43,263 bases of DNA from the NCBI RefSeq assembly GCF_004010195.1, contig NC_057719.1, positions 40,285,478 through 40,328,740 on the forward strand, written 5' to 3'. This document shows, in pieces, positions 24,205 to 34,874 of the stretch. The stretch is from Chiloscyllium plagiosum (taxonomy: Eukaryota). Under the pieces are notes generated by a model. The model worked only from the letters and a program-made list of their open reading frames with translations, was not told the DNA's origin and did no database searches. The translations under genes and the position numbers were made by a program. How positions within the stretch are numbered: position 1 is the stretch's first letter; the number at the start of each line of letters is the position of its first letter.

Positions 24205-24786
24205 ATGGTGAAGTGGTGGCAGAGTGGTAGCAAGCTCGAATCATGACAGATGGTGCAAGTAAAAGCTTAATGATGACAATCAAACCATTTTTAATTGTCA
24301 GAAAAAAACATCTGGCTAATTAATGAAGGGAAAGAAAATGCCACCCTTACCTGGTCTGGCCTACATGTGACTCCAGACCCACAGCAATGTGGTTGAATTT
24401 TAACTGCCCTTTTGAAATAACCTAGCAATCCATTCAGTTGTAACAATTGGCAGAAAGTCTAAACAAAACAAGACAGATCATCTGACATCAACCTCGGCAC
24501 TAAATACAACAACAGCAAATACGGTCTGGTCAACTCTGCAAATCCTACTTACTATCATCTAGGGGTGAGTGCCAAAATTGGGAGAGCTGTCACATTTACT
24601 AGTCAAGCAACAATCTGAATAAAGGCAATTAATATTATCTTTAAGGCATTAGCATGAGTCTGTCCAGATACCACCATCACCATCCCTGGTTAAGTACTGT
24701 CCTACTGACTGGAAGACCCAGTTGGTCCTTCCTCCATATTGAACATCCCTGGGGGGAAGCACTGAGGGTGGCAAGGAACTGTTCCA

Positions 24787-24915
24787 TTCTGAAGAAGGGT
24801 CACTGGATTCAAAACCTTAACACTGTTTTCTCTCCACGTGTGCTGCAAGACCTGCTGATTTTCTTCAACAATTTCATTTTGTTCATTTCGGACCTCCAAA
24901 ATCTGAAGTTGTTTG
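24787..24915 (+). mobile_element. Penelope-type terminal fragment nested in LINE
   Basis: CTGAAGAAGGGTCACTGGATTCAAAAC...GACCTGCTGA; homologous to 22829-22930. Confidence 0.6.
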
Positions 24916-25984
24916 AATTTAGAGAAGGAAGACTACTTGATCTCAGCCTCACCAATTTGCCAGCTGCAGGTGCATTTGACCATGACAGTATCATAAGAGT
25001 AACCACTGCACAGCTCTTGAAGAGACAATGTCCAGCCTTCACATTGAGAACACTGTGAGATAGTGTTGTGCAGCACTATGACCATGCTAGATGAAACAAA
25101 CCTTGAACAGATCTAGCCACCCAGGACTGCATGTTAATGTGGCACCATGTAGCAGCAGAATCATACTCCTAATACAATCTGAAATCTCAAGGTCTGGCAA
25201 ATCACTCCTTCTACCATTACCATTGAGTCAGTGGCTCAACACTGATTCAATGACGAGTGCAGGACATGCCAGAAGTAGCTCCATCATATCAAAATAATGA
25301 GATATCAAACTGGTGAAGCTGCATCACGGGATTATTGAGTTGCTAATAGCATAGGCACTAGTGATTGATGGAGCTAAGCCCTATAGTCCTGTTTAGTTGT
25401 GAATGGTGATGGACAATTAAACAACTCTATGAAGAGGGAGGCTCCACAAATATCCCCTCCTCAATGATGGAGGAACCCAGTACATCACTGCAAAAGATAA
25501 GGCTGAATCATTCAGTCAGAAGTGTCAAGTGAATGATCCAACTTGGCCTCCTCCAGTGGTCCCGAGCATTACAGATACCAGTCTTTAGCCAATTTGATTC
25601 ATTCCATGTGATATCAAGAAGTAGTTGGAAGAACTGGACACTGCAAAGGCAACAGTTCTGACAACATTCCATCGATAGTACTGAAGACTTGTGGCACATC
25701 TAGCCTTATGTTCCAATACAGCTACAACATGGCATGTATACGACAATGTGGAAAATTGCTCAAGTATGTCTTGTGCACAAAAGTAGGACAAATCCAACCC
25801 AGCCAATTATTGCCCCATCACTTTACTTTTAATCATCAGTACAGTGATGGAAGGTGTCATCAACAGTGATATCAAGCAATACCCGCTCAGCAATAACCTG
25901 CTCACTGATCACCAAGTCACTGAGCTCCTGACCACATTCCAGATTTAGTTCAAACATGGACAAAAAAACTGAATTCTAGATATG

Positions 25985-26183
25985 ATCTTGTTAGAATAGC
26001 GAGTAGATTCACAAACTCTTAACATTCGCCTGTACCTGTGTTTTTGTTTTTGTCGGTTGCCTATTATTTACTTATCTATGCTACTTAACTCTGTGATCTG
26101 CCTGTATTGCTGCAAGACAAAGCTTTTCACTGTGTCTCAGTACACATGACAATAAGTTCAATTCAATTCATTTCAATTCAATT
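25985..26183 (+). mobile_element. 3' end of another LINE (L2/Rex-type) with (TTCAA)n tail
   Basis: AAAGCTTTTCACTGTGTCTCAGTACACATGACAATAA followed by TTCAA repeats at 26157-26182. It interrupts the host LINE RT. Confidence 0.6.
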
Positions 26184-26751
26184 TGAGTTACTGCCCTTGA
26201 CACCAAGACTGCGTTTGTTCAAGTGTGGCATCAAGGAGCCCTAGCAAGACTGGAGTCAATGGGAATTGGGGGTGGGGGTTTGTGGAGATGGTGAGTGGAA
26301 ACTCCCCCACTGGTTGGAGTCATGTCTGGCACATAGGAAGATGGTTGTGGTTATTGGAAGTCAGCTTCAGGACATCTTGCAGGAGTTCCTTCGGCTAGTG
26401 TCCTAGGCCCAAGTACCTTCAGCTACTTCATCAATGATCTTTCCTCCATCATAAGATCAGAAGTGGGGATGTTCGCTGATTATTTAATGTTCACCATTTA
26501 TGATTCCTCAAGATATTGAAGCAGTCCGTTCAAAAGAAACAAGATCTGGACAATATCCAGGCTTGGGCTGACAAATGTTAACTAACATTTGCACGACCTA
26601 ACTAGCAGGCAATGACCATCTCCAACATGAGAGAATCTAACCATCATCCCTTGACATTCAGTGGTGCCACCATTTCTGAATATCTCACAAACAACATCCT
26701 GGAAGTACCATTGACCAGAAATTGAACTGGACTTGCCATATAAATATAAAT

Positions 26752-26883
26752 ATTATTCCTGAAGAAGGGCTCATGCCTGAAACGTCGATTCTCCTGCTTC
26801 TTGAATGCTGCCTGACCTGCTGTGCTTTTCCAGCAACTCATTTTTCAGCTCTGATCTCCAGCATCTGCAGTCCTCACTTTCTC
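26752..26883 (+). mobile_element. Penelope terminal repeat with intact hammerhead core
   Basis: CTGAAGA (26759-26765), stem II GGGC/GCCT, GAAACGTC (26779-26786). Flanked by the duplicated CTTGCCATATAAATA. Confidence 0.82.
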
Positions 26884-27858
26884 CTTGCCATATAAATAGA
26901 ATGGCTACAGGAGCAGGTCAGACGCTAAGATTCCTATAGTGAGTAATTCACCTCCTGACTCTCCAAAGCTGTCTACAATCTGCAAGGTGCAAGTATGATA
27001 GAATACTCATCACTGGCCTGGACAAGTGCAAGTCCAAAAACACTCAAGAAGTTTGAGATTATGCAGGTCAAAATAACCCACTGGATTGATATTGCATCCA
27101 CAAACACCCACTCTCTCTACCACCAATAGTTTGTGCCATCTATAAGAAGCAGTGCTGAAATTGATCAGCACTCCTCAAACAGTACCTTCCAAATCAATGA
27201 CCATTTCCACTTTGACAGTCATGAGCAGTGGATATATGAGAACACAACACTTGCAAGTTCCTCTTCAAGTCACTCACCATCCTTCCTTCACTGTCGCTCA
27301 GTTAAAATTCTCGAACTCCCTCATTAACAGCATTACAGGTTTACCTACATCATGTGAACTCCAGCAGTTCAAGAAGACAGCTTAGCACCACCCTCTCAAG
27401 GCCAACTAGGAATAGACAATAAATTCTGACCAGCTAGTAATACTCACATTTCATGAATGAATTTTAAAAAAGAGTTAAACATGATTTCCCTGTGATGAAA
27501 CCATGCTCTTCCTGATTACCTTGAATTTTTTTAAGTATGCAACTACAATATCTTCAATAATTGATAATAACAATTTCCCCACAACAGTCGTCATGTGAAT
27601 TGGCCTATATTTTCCTGTTTCTGACTCCCTCCCATTTGGAATAGAGTTATATTTCTATGTTCTACTTCAAAGGCATTATTGAAAATTAATGTTAATTTAT
27701 CTACTACTTCACAAGAAACATCTTTTAAGACTCTAGAATGAAGTCCATAAGCACCCAAAGGTAGATTTGCTTAGTACCACTTCCCCCGTAATTATAATTT
27801 ACTACATTGTTCTCTCCCTTCTGTCTTGACAAACTATTTGTCCATTTCATCCACCATT

Positions 27859-29140
27859 TAGAGTCATAGAGATGTACAGCACAGAAACAGACCCTTTGGT
27901 CCAACTCGTCCATGCCGACCAGATATCCTAACCTAATCTAGTCCCATTTGCCAGCACTTGGCCCATATCACTCTAAATCCTTCCTATTCATGTACCCATC
28001 CAGATGTCTTTTAAATGCTTTACCAGTCTCCAGCATTTCCACTGGTAGTTAATTCCATATACATACATCCTCTGTGCAAAAAAGTTGCCCCTTATTTCCC
28101 TTTTATAACTTTCCTCTCTCATCCTAAACCTATGCCCTGTAGCTCTGGGCTCCCCCAACCCAGGGAAAAGACTTTGTCTATTTATCCTTTCCTTGCCCCT
28201 CATGATTTAATAAACCTCTATAAGGTGACCCCTCAGCCTCTGATGCTCCAGAGAAAACAGCCCCAGCTTATTCAGCCTCTCCCTATTGCTCAAGTCCTCC
28301 AACTGGCAAAATCCTTGAAAATCTTTTTCAGAACCCTTTTATGTTTCACAACATCTTTCCAATAGGAAGAAGACTAGAATTAAATGCAATATTCCAAAAG
28401 TGGCCTAACCAATGTCCTGTACACTTGCAACATGACCCCCCAATTCCTACACTCAATGCTCTGACCAATAACTGAAACCATACCAAAAGCCTTCTTCACT
28501 ATCCTATCTACCTGCATCTCCACTTTCAAGGAATTATGAACCTGTACTCCAAGGTCTCTTTGTTCAGCAACGTTCCCCAGGACCTTACCATTAAGTGTAT
28601 AAGTCCTGCTCTGGTTTGCATTTCCAAAATGCAGCACCTCACATTTATCTAAATTAAACTTCATCCGCCACCCCTCAGTGCATTGGCCCATCTGATCAAG
28701 ATCCCATTGTACTCTGAGGTAACCTTCTTCGCTGTCCACTCCACCTTCAATTTTGGTGTCATCTGCAAACTGACTAACCATACCTCCTATGTTCACATCC
28801 CAATCATTTGTATAAATGACAAAAAGTAGTGAACCCCGCAACGACCCTTCTGGCATACCACTGGTCACAGGCCTCTGGTCTGAAAAGCAACCCTCCATCA
28901 CCACCCTCTGTTTTCTACCTTTGAGCCAGTTCTGTATCCACATGGCTAGTTCTCCCTGTATTCCATGAGATCAAACCTTGCCAAACAATCTCCCATGAGA
29001 AACCTTGTCGAATGCCTTACTGAAGTCTATACAGATCATGTACACCAGTCTGCCCTCATCAATCCTCTTTGTTACTTCTTCAAAAAAGTCAATCAAATCC
29101 GTGAGACATAATTTCCAAGCCACAAAGCCATGCTGACTAT
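27859..29140 (-). mobile_element. CR1 LINE RT and 3' end
   Basis: The 187-aa ORF 28380-28943 contains SQFADDTKI and CEVLHFG. TAGAGTCATAGAG tail at 27859. Confidence 0.95.
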
Positions 29141-31350
29141 TTACTCTTTTACTATTAACTCCCCATTCTCACTCTCTTGAGGACCATCACTCACTTTACT
29201 TATTTCTTTCCTTCTTAAATGCCTATAGACACTCTTGCTATTCATTCTACATTTTTAGCTTGTGTTCTCTCATACTCTGTTCTCCTGATTAATCTTTTTG
29301 TGTAATTTCCTGCTTTACTTTATATTTTGATCAATCATCTGATCTGCCACTCTTTTTTTTGCAGTTATATGCTTTTTTCTTAAGTTTGACGCTGTTCCTA
29401 ACTTTTTCGCTCACCATGAATGATGGGTCTTCCATTTACAAGTTTTCCTTTATAGTAGAAATATACTTCATTCTGATTTTAGTGAAACACCCCCCTTAAA
29501 TGAATCTATTGATGTACATTTAACCTAGTATGCCAGTTCATTTCAGCTAGCTCTACTTTCATGCTCAAGTATTTGCACTTCTTTAAGTTTGAAATTTACT
29601 CTGAGATCTAATTTTCTCTTTTTAAAACTGGATGGAAAATTCATATTATGGTGGCTGCTACCTGGAGGTATTTAATTTTAGCATCATTAATTAATCCTGT
29701 AATTAATTACACAGCACCAAGTCTGGGATAATCAGCTCTCTGGTCAGTTCAAAAATGTTTTGCTCCTAGAAATCTATGTCAAAGAATTCAATGAACTCCT
29801 TGTCCAGGTTACCACTGCTAATCTGATTTTTCCAATTCATATGTAGATTAAAGTCACCCATGATTAATGCCATCCTTTATCATAGGCTGGCAATAGTTTC
29901 CTTCTTGTAAACTTTGTCTCACATTGTAGTTATTGTCAGGCAGCCTCCAGACTACTCCCTTTCATGACATCTTCCCTTTACTATTCCCCATCTCCCCCAA
30001 ACTGCTTCGACATTCTGATCTTCTGAATCAAGGTAATCTCGAACTATCGCACGAATGCCATCCTTGATAAATAGTGCTACTCTTCTACCTTTTTCTGGCT
30101 TCTTATTTTTCTTACCATATACCCTTGATATTCAAAACTCAATCCTTGTCATTCTGAAGTCATGACTTCATTTGGCTATCAGATTGTATTTATTGACTTG
30201 AGCGTGCGCTATCAATTTATTGACTCTGTTGTGAATACTACCAGCATTCAGATCCAGAGGCTCTAGTTTTGTTATTTTGTTATCTTGATAAACATGTTGT
30301 ATCCCAGTTTCTTTTTTTCTCTGTGCCTTCTTGCCATTCTCTAACCTTCATTTCCATATCACTATTTCCTCTCTTACCGTTTCACTCTTTGATGTGCCAG
30401 ATGTTTCCACTTTTAATCCTTTGCTCCCACTATTTAGTTTAAAACCCTCTGTAGTTTACTAGTTATGAATTTCACAAGAACACTGGTCCTAGCCCAGTTC
30501 AGATGTACACTATCTCAAAATTCTAGGCCCACTTTCCCTGGTACTAGTCCAAGAGGCACAACCCATTTCTCCCACATCAGTCTTTGAGCTGCATATTCAA
30601 CTCCTTAAAGTTATGTAGCCGATGCCAATTTATATGGAGCTCAGATAATAATCCAAAGGTTATTAACTTTGATACTCTGCTATTCAATCTAGTTCCTAGC
30701 TCTTCATATTCTGTATGCAGAAACTCTTTCTTGGTTCTCTCTATGTCACTGGTATTTACATGGACCATTACAATTGAATCTGTCTCCTCCATTGCAACAT
30801 CCATTTCTAGCCCTGAGCAGATGTCCTGAACTGTGGTACCAGGCAGGCAACACAGCTTTCTGGACTCCTGCTCTTATCTATAGAGAATCATATCCATGTC
30901 CCTCACTTCTGTATCACCTTCTCCTACTATTATTACTATGAATACATTCTTTATTGCTCCTCCCTCCCCTGTAACTTGAATGATCTTATGTGCTATGATC
31001 TCTTGGTCTGTTTGCATGTCCACCCTACAGCCCCTGCTCTCATCACGCATCCTCAAACCTATTGGACAATTTCAGAGCCTCTGGATCCTGAGTTCTAATA
31101 CCTGTCTCACTCACAGTCATGTCCTCCTGACCCTGATTACTGAGCAAATCAGAAGACCTTTCCAAAGTAGTTTGACTGTTTGTTACAAAGCAGTAAGGTT
31201 ATTTTTTCCATCCCTGCTGCAATGTAGTGTCTGTGGTTCAGTCTCCAGCTTATAAACCCAGTGCTGAAGCTTCTCAAACTTCAAATAGTCATGTTTGTCC
31301 TGAAGCACAATGGTATTCAGGAGCTCCTACATGCTACAGTCTTGACACAT
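29141..31350 (-). mobile_element. Old CR1 relic (endonuclease and ORF1)
   Basis: LIMGDFNL reverse complement near 29845-29870. ORF1 esterase-like VMVHVNTSDI and CCLPG near 30740-30855. Confidence 0.7.
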
Positions 31351-31647
31351 CACCTGAATTGTCATTCATGATGTGTTTTAATTACATTCTTAAATGCTAT
31401 TGTTTTTATTTTTCAGGTTTAGGTGTCCATTGTTAAGAACAGATATACAGATGCACAATCAAAAGTCAATAATGTTTCACGAAATTCTTCATTCTCTTCG
31501 AAAATGAAAATAATTGCTACATAGTATACCATGTCGTGATTATAACAAGGTCAGCCAAGTCGACATCAAAGAATATGAGTTCCCTGATTGGGTCTGTTTA
31601 CCTGGTCAATCGAGGAGCCATAGCTGACAGGTATAAACAGTAGTGTT

Positions 31648-32293
31648 TACCAGGAGGTGTGGAGTGTTTTATTTCCCCCTCCGATTCTATTTTGATTTAA
31701 TCCCTTCCCTCCCCTTCACTGTTTGATCACACAGCATTGCCCTTTGATGTGAAGGGCACTGCTTGTCACTGGTCACTCGGGTGTTAATTTTCTTCCTAGT
31801 GATGGAAACTGAATAAAGATTTGTACACCTTGTGTCTTTCACTGTGTCTCACACCTGCACACACACAACATGGGTACTGGGGAAAAAATAAGCACTACTG
31901 CGGTTAGGCAGTAGTGTAGGGGTTAAGAGAATAAAAGATAAACAAAAAAAAGAAAAGAGAGAGAAACAGCAGTGTTCAGCGCGGGGTGTGGTGTGTTTTA
32001 TTTTCCTCTCCGATTCTATTTTGATTTAGTCCCTGCCTTCTTTTTCACCTTCTTTGATCACTCAACATTGTCCTTTGCTTGTCACTCCCTCCATGAATTT
32101 TCCTTTCTTCCTGGTTGTGGAATATAAATAAATACTTATGCAATTGTTGTTCTTCACTGTGTCCTGCACCTGTGCCCAGACATGACATGGATGTTGGGGA
32201 TTAAATAAACACTACCACTGCATGGCAGTAGTGTGGTGCTTTAAAAAAAAATGTAACCAAGTGATTAGAATTTTCTCAGAAAAAGAATAAATG
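31648..32293 (+). mobile_element. Two tandem 5'-truncated putative Tx1/L1-type elements inside the LTR
   Basis: Units 31648-31963 and 31977-32293. Each starts with an ORF end (PGGVECFISPSDSILI* at 31650-31700; ARGVVCFIFLSDSILI* to 32029), followed by a 3'UTR, hairpin and A-rich tail. Target repeats at 31635-31647, 31964-31976 and 32294-32304. Confidence 0.7.
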
Positions 32294-32387
32294 AACAGTA
32301 GTGTCAGGTATTCTGACCACTCTCAAAGCTGGCCCTGAGGAAGCCCAGAACAGTGAAAACTACTATGCAAATATAAATAAGTGTGGG

Positions 32388-32459
32388 AGGAGAGTGGTGC
32401 AGCACGAGTGTGTTGGGCCCATAACCCACAGGTCGATGGATCGAAGCCATCTTCTGTTA
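32388..32459 (+). pseudogene. Initiator tRNA-Met (CAT) derived pseudogene
   Basis: 72 nt, colinear with vertebrate tRNA-iMet as recalled (11 substitutions by my count). It retains GGGCCCATAACCC and the initiator-type GATCGAA T loop. The D-loop GG is lost. Confidence 0.88.
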
Positions 32460-32464
32460 TTATA

Positions 32465-32604
32465 GGCCTCCATTCCTGATGAAAGGCTTTTGCCCGTAAC
32501 GTCAATTTTCCTGCTCTTCGGATGCTGCCTGACCTGCTGTGCTTTTCCAGCACCACTCTAATCGAGACTCTGGTTTCCAGCATCTGCAGTCCTCACTTTA
32601 GCCG
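32465..32604 (+). mobile_element. Penelope terminal repeat fused to the tRNA copy
   Basis: CCTGATGAAAGGCTTTTGCCCGTAACGTC...CAGCATCTGCAGTCCTCACTTT; same family as 11682-11820. Confidence 0.85.
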
Positions 32605-34299
32605 AAATATAAGTAAAGGGTGACTTGGTGATAGCAAGAGAGAAAAAATACTCTCCTGAAGAAATTTGTTTGCAAAGTTGTCTTTGAATTGGGTTAAGCA
32701 TTTCTGGAACTATGCCATTATTTGTAAAACGTGACTCATTCAATCCTCTCATTGAAAACTGGGCCAAGTATTTGGAAATAAAGCATTATTTTTTCCAGGC
32801 AAAAAATATTTGGGAAAATGGAAAGCAGTGAGTAATTCTCCTGACAGAATGTGGACCTCAAGTTTTTTAGTTATTAGGAGCCTAATGTTTCCTGAGGCAT
32901 CAGATACTAAAACCTTCCAGCAGCTGACGGACCTAGTTAAGGAATATTATGACACCAAACCTCCTCTAATTCTGAGATTAGTTTTACTCGGCAGTTCGAG
33001 AACTGGGGAATCCGTTTCAGGATTTTTGACGAGGTTAAGACAGCTAGCAGAGGCATGTGACTTTGGTTTAACCTTAAATGAGATGCTGACAGACCCTATG
33101 GTATGCGAGATTAATGATGTAACCATGCAAAAGCACCTATTAGCTGAAACCCAACTGAATTTCAAACAGGCACTAAAACTGGCTTTGTCATTAGAAATTG
33201 CTGCAAGGGGAACATATGAATTAGAGTACAGTGGGCACCCTCGCTAGGCTGACTCAGCTTGGTAACACAGTGAAGACAATGGCATACCCTGAACACAGGG
33301 ACTCTAGTCACTTCACACCAAAACGGCAAAACACAGCCAAATCTCGGCCAAATGGTTAAAACTTTCTCCAGAAACCAGCAACTTTCTCCAGCAACTTATT
33401 ATAGTTGCTGCTGTTATGTGGACTTGAGACAACAACAGAGTTCCACTAGGCCTGAATTGATGAAGAGAATTCACAGCTTAGTATCCAGGAGAGTGCACAC
33501 TCTGGAAAGTCCACCAACATCTGGCTTGGAACAGATAAGTTGCTTAGCAACGTCCAAATCAGAACCAATTAAAATAAACATTGGTTTAGTAGTCACCAGC
33601 TTCTAATGGAGGTTGATACTGATGTGGCTATATCAGTGATTGCAGAACCAACCTTTAATAAAATTCAGCCTGGACTCCAACCCTTAAATTTGCATAAGAC
33701 CTTGGCGAGACTGAAAACCTATACCAGGTAACCTTTACAGAATAAGGGTACAACTTTGGTTCCGGTCTTGGATGAGAAGCAGTTGGCTCAGTTGCTGACT
33801 TGTATTAAAAGGCTTGGGCCCAACCCCTGATGGGGCAAAATTGGTTGAGAAAGTCTCATCTTGATTGGCTCAACATTTTTTGATTCGAAAATGGCTGCCT
33901 GACTGAAGTCCTAATTAAATACGCGGAGGATTTTCAAATGAGCTGAGGCCACCTTGCAGTTGACCAGAAAACAATTCCACAATTCTGCAAAGCCTGCTGA
34001 GGACCATTTGACTTATGTGCAAAAGCAGAGGCAGAATTCAGGATGCTGGAAAGCAAAGGAATTATCAAACGAGTTGGGCAGCACTGGTCGTACTGATTGT
34101 GAGTCCAATGAGTCAGTTTGATTTTGTCGGGATTTTAAACAATGGTAATCTACTTCTCACAGCTGGGTAATTACCCAAACCCTCACATAGAAGACTTATA
34201 CACAGGTGGAGGGCTGTCCTTTTACTATAAATTATAACTATAATTTTATATTACTTTTACGATAATGTATTTACTATGAATCTTTTACAATAACTTATG

Positions 34300-34445
34300 T
34301 GTCCTATGATCCTGCTCCATTAGTTACCTGACAAAGGAGCAGCGCTCTGAAAGCTTGTACTTACAAGTAAACCTATTGGACTATAACCTGGAATGTGATT
34401 TTTAACTTTGTTCACTCCAGTTCAGCACCAGCACCTGCATATCAA
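34300..34445 (+). mobile_element. Penelope-type terminal repeat, second family, single arm
   Basis: ACCTGACAAAGGAGCAGCGCTCTGAAAGCT...; homologous to 35477-35597. Confidence 0.7.
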
Positions 34446-34696
34446 ATTTAGGCAGCATCAGGCTGAAATAGCAGATAAAGGAAATTTAAGAGAAATATAT
34501 TTAGTACACTTAAATGGTATAATATGATTTCAATTAAATGAATTGTAGAGTCTGACATGGAAAAATAAACAAACCTTATTGTTTGCAAAATGAATGTTTA
34601 CAGTTAATATTTCTTAATCATACAATTGCAACAAAGCCAACTACAGTGTTCAACTTGCATTAAATAGCAATTCGTAATCTTAAAAAAAAAGTGGAA

Positions 34697-34820
34697 ACAT
34701 GGGTGCTGGGGAAAAATAAGCACTACTGCAGTTAGGTTGGGGGGGGGGTGTTATAAAAAAGAGAAAAAAATTAACTGAGGATTTAGAACCTCTAAAAAAA
34801 GAAAAAATATGTACAAAAAG
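34697..34820 (+). mobile_element. Extreme 3' fragment of the putative Tx1/L1-type element
   Basis: ACATGGGTGCTGGGGAAAAATAAGCACTACTGCAGTTAGG matches 31868-31908, followed by an A-rich tail. Confidence 0.65.
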
Positions 34821-34874
34821 GTGGACCTTTCTGAACCTGCAGGAAAGAAGGAAACAGAAGGCCTTGAAGCCGCA

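Larger units (their letters stand above)
24205..27470 (+). mobile_element. Near full-length decayed CR1/L2-group LINE with tRNA-like head
   Basis: RT block GVPSASVLGPSTFSYFINDLSSIIRSEVGMFAD (26382-26480) and ALDTKTAF near 26190. The 3' end CATGAATGAATTTTAAAAA lies near 27470. The 5' part matches 700-1150. Confidence 0.8.
31532..34222 (+). mobile_element. Decayed Gypsy LTR retrotransposon: 5' LTR, gag, protease, start of RT
   Basis: LTR starts TG at 31532 with TATAAA at 31632-31637. Gag begins at 32712 (FNPLIENWAKYLE; GESVSGFLTRLRQLAEACDFG). Protease MEVDTDVAISVI at 33606-33641 has DTG decayed. Confidence 0.88.

Noticed and set aside
31417..31524. Possible terminal ASPG exon after TTTTTCAG (V-stop) or TTTAG (VSIVKNRY...IAT-stop)
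   Set aside because: Only an acceptor-like tract; the peptide has no recognisable similarity, and nearer candidates exist.
31635..32304. CRISPR-like repeat-spacer array or Helitron ends
   Set aside because: The spacers are homologous to each other and end in A-rich tails. The context is eukaryotic, and there is no TC start or CTRR terminus directly after the hairpin.
32388..32459. Functional tRNA-iMet gene, or the Gypsy primer-binding site
   Set aside because: Stem and D-loop substitutions argue against function. It is a full-length sense copy inside the LTR, not a short complement downstream of it.
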